Shown here one piece after another: positions 62,341-64,000 of a stretch of 64,000 bases of DNA. The position numbers were made by a program, and so were the translations under genes. Source of the stretch: Octopus vulgaris. Its lineage: Eukaryota. The DNA lies in contig OX597833.1 of assembly GCA_951406725.2 (NCBI GenBank), positions 24,180,001 through 24,244,000 on the forward strand, in the 5' to 3' direction. Each line of letters begins with the position of its first letter. The first letter of the stretch is position 1. The notes below the pieces were generated by a model, which saw nothing but the letters and a program-made list of their open reading frames with translations, made no database searches and was not told the origin of the DNA.

Positions 62341-63300
62341 GTTGAAAACCATGAGAGACGTAAGAAGATTCATTCTTTTATGAAGGAGAGCAAAAAATTT
62401 GCTAGTGAGTTTACGTATAATACCCAGGTTGAACAGCATGATGGAAGCGTAGCAACTGTAGTTGCAAAGAAGGTAAAATCAGTAGGAAAGCAAAATGTGT
62501 CCGAACAATTGGCTGATACGTGGGAACAAAAACCTCTGCATGGCAAATATGTGACCTGTAGGAAACAAGCTGATGTAGGCCAGAAGCGCACCCACCAGTG
62601 GTTACGGAGCTCAGGGCTAAAGGCAGAAAGTGAAAGCTTCATCTTGACTGCTCAAGATCAGAGCTTATTGACCCGGAACTATCAAGCCAATGTGATCAAA
62701 AAGGGAGCTGACCCAAAGTGCTGATACTGCAACGATGGAATTGAAACAGTGGATCGCTTAATCTCTGGGCATAAGGTTTTAGCACATGTAGAGTACAAAT
62801 CAAGGCATGGCAGAGTTGGCCAATATGTACATTGGATAGTGTGTCAGTATTATAAAATCAAAACTGGTGACAAATGGTACAAGTACCACCCTGAGGCTGT
62901 AACTAAGGGAGAAAATGTAACCATTCTTTGGGACTTTCCTGTAGACCTGACCATCAAAACAAATAAACTAGATATTGTTATGAAAGATCAAAACAATAAA
63001 GTCTGTTTATTGATTGACATGAGCATACCCTGTGACCATAATATCTCGGCAAAAGAATTTGATAAACTCAGAAAATATAAAGATTTGCTAATCGAAATCG
63101 AAAAGATGTGGCATCTCAAGATGGTTACAATACCTGGGATTGTAGGAGCACTTGGAATGATAAAAAAAGAAGCTGAAAATTATTTAAGAATGATCCCTAG
63201 CTTACCATCCATGCAGAAAGTGCAGAAGATTGTCTTAACTGGTACGTCACACGTATTGAGAAGAGCATTATCGCTGTGAACTTTCTTTCCTTTTTTCCCT
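62340..63300 (+). mobile_element. R4/Dong-like RLE LINE 3' remnant
   Basis: WEQKPLHGKY, LTAQDQSLLTRNY, WYKYHPEAV, ILWDF, DIV..CLLIDMSIP..KEFDKLRKYKDL..IVGALG. Confidence 0.88.
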
Positions 63301-63913
63301 TTATTTTTTTTGCTTACATTTTTTTCCTTTTTCTCTCTGTCATTCTTCCCCCTGTTTTCCATCATATGACTTTGTAAATGAACAATCTGGGGTGTTTCTT
63401 TTAATGCCCTACCGATGCATACAGTGCGTTTCTCTGCCTTAGGAGTCAGGAAAACACTCGGCAAGAAATGGAAACAGAATTGAAAGATGATAATGAAAAT
63501 AAGGATAATAATATAAACAACACCAGCAACAACAACAGTAATATGAATATCTTTATTAATAATAATATAATGGAAAAACTATCCAAATATAAAGTCCTGG
63601 AAATAGAAATATCCAGAATGTGGGGATTGCAAACTGGAACAATCCCAAACAACAATAGATGCCTTGGGAATGATAAAAGGAGAGGCAGGCATATACATAC
63701 ATACATACATACATACATACATACATACATACATACATACATACATACATACATACATACATACATGCACACATACATACAAACATGCAGGCATGCTTAC
63801 ATATACACTCATACATACGTACACACACACACGCGCATATATATATATGTATGTATGTGTGTGTTTATATATATATGTGCATGTGTGTATATATATATAT
63901 GTATAAATATATA

Positions 63914-63949
<36 letters not shown>

Positions 63950-64000
63950 TGTATGTATGTATGTATGTATGTGTGTGTGTGTGTATAGTTCTAGTATCAC

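Overview
This is AT-rich, microsatellite-dense eukaryotic DNA. The SINE, RTE, mariner and Penelope repeat content looks like an octopus (coleoid cephalopod) genome; the species is inferred, not verified. The one supported host gene is a 5-coding-exon omega-class glutathione S-transferase on the minus strand: join complement 45745..45772, 40036..40141, 27616..27835, 25693..25825, 21800..22062. It is 750 nt (249 aa), has an active-site CPFA motif and all GT-AG introns in matching phase. An upstream in-frame ATG adds a mitochondrial-presequence-like 29 aa. The rest is mobile DNA: tRNA-derived SINEs, RTE and R4/Dong-like LINE remnants, mariner/pogo/hAT elements and MITEs, a Helitron-like and a HINE-like element, a Penelope-like GIY-YIG remnant, and a ~3.3 kb tandem duplication. 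The most notable hidden signal is a set of type I hammerhead ribozyme motifs from several unrelated sequence families, mostly inside fold-back (inverted-repeat) Penelope-like termini. Two have fully intact cores inside GST intron 2: one antisense and textbook-like, one on the pre-mRNA strand. Also notable are a cryptic 79-bp-period repeat that re-copies the GST C-terminus plus AATAAA through the 3' UTR, a competing long-range pairing around the catalytic exon, and a CpG-decay boundary near the promoter. All structures were read by eye; no searches or folding programs were run.
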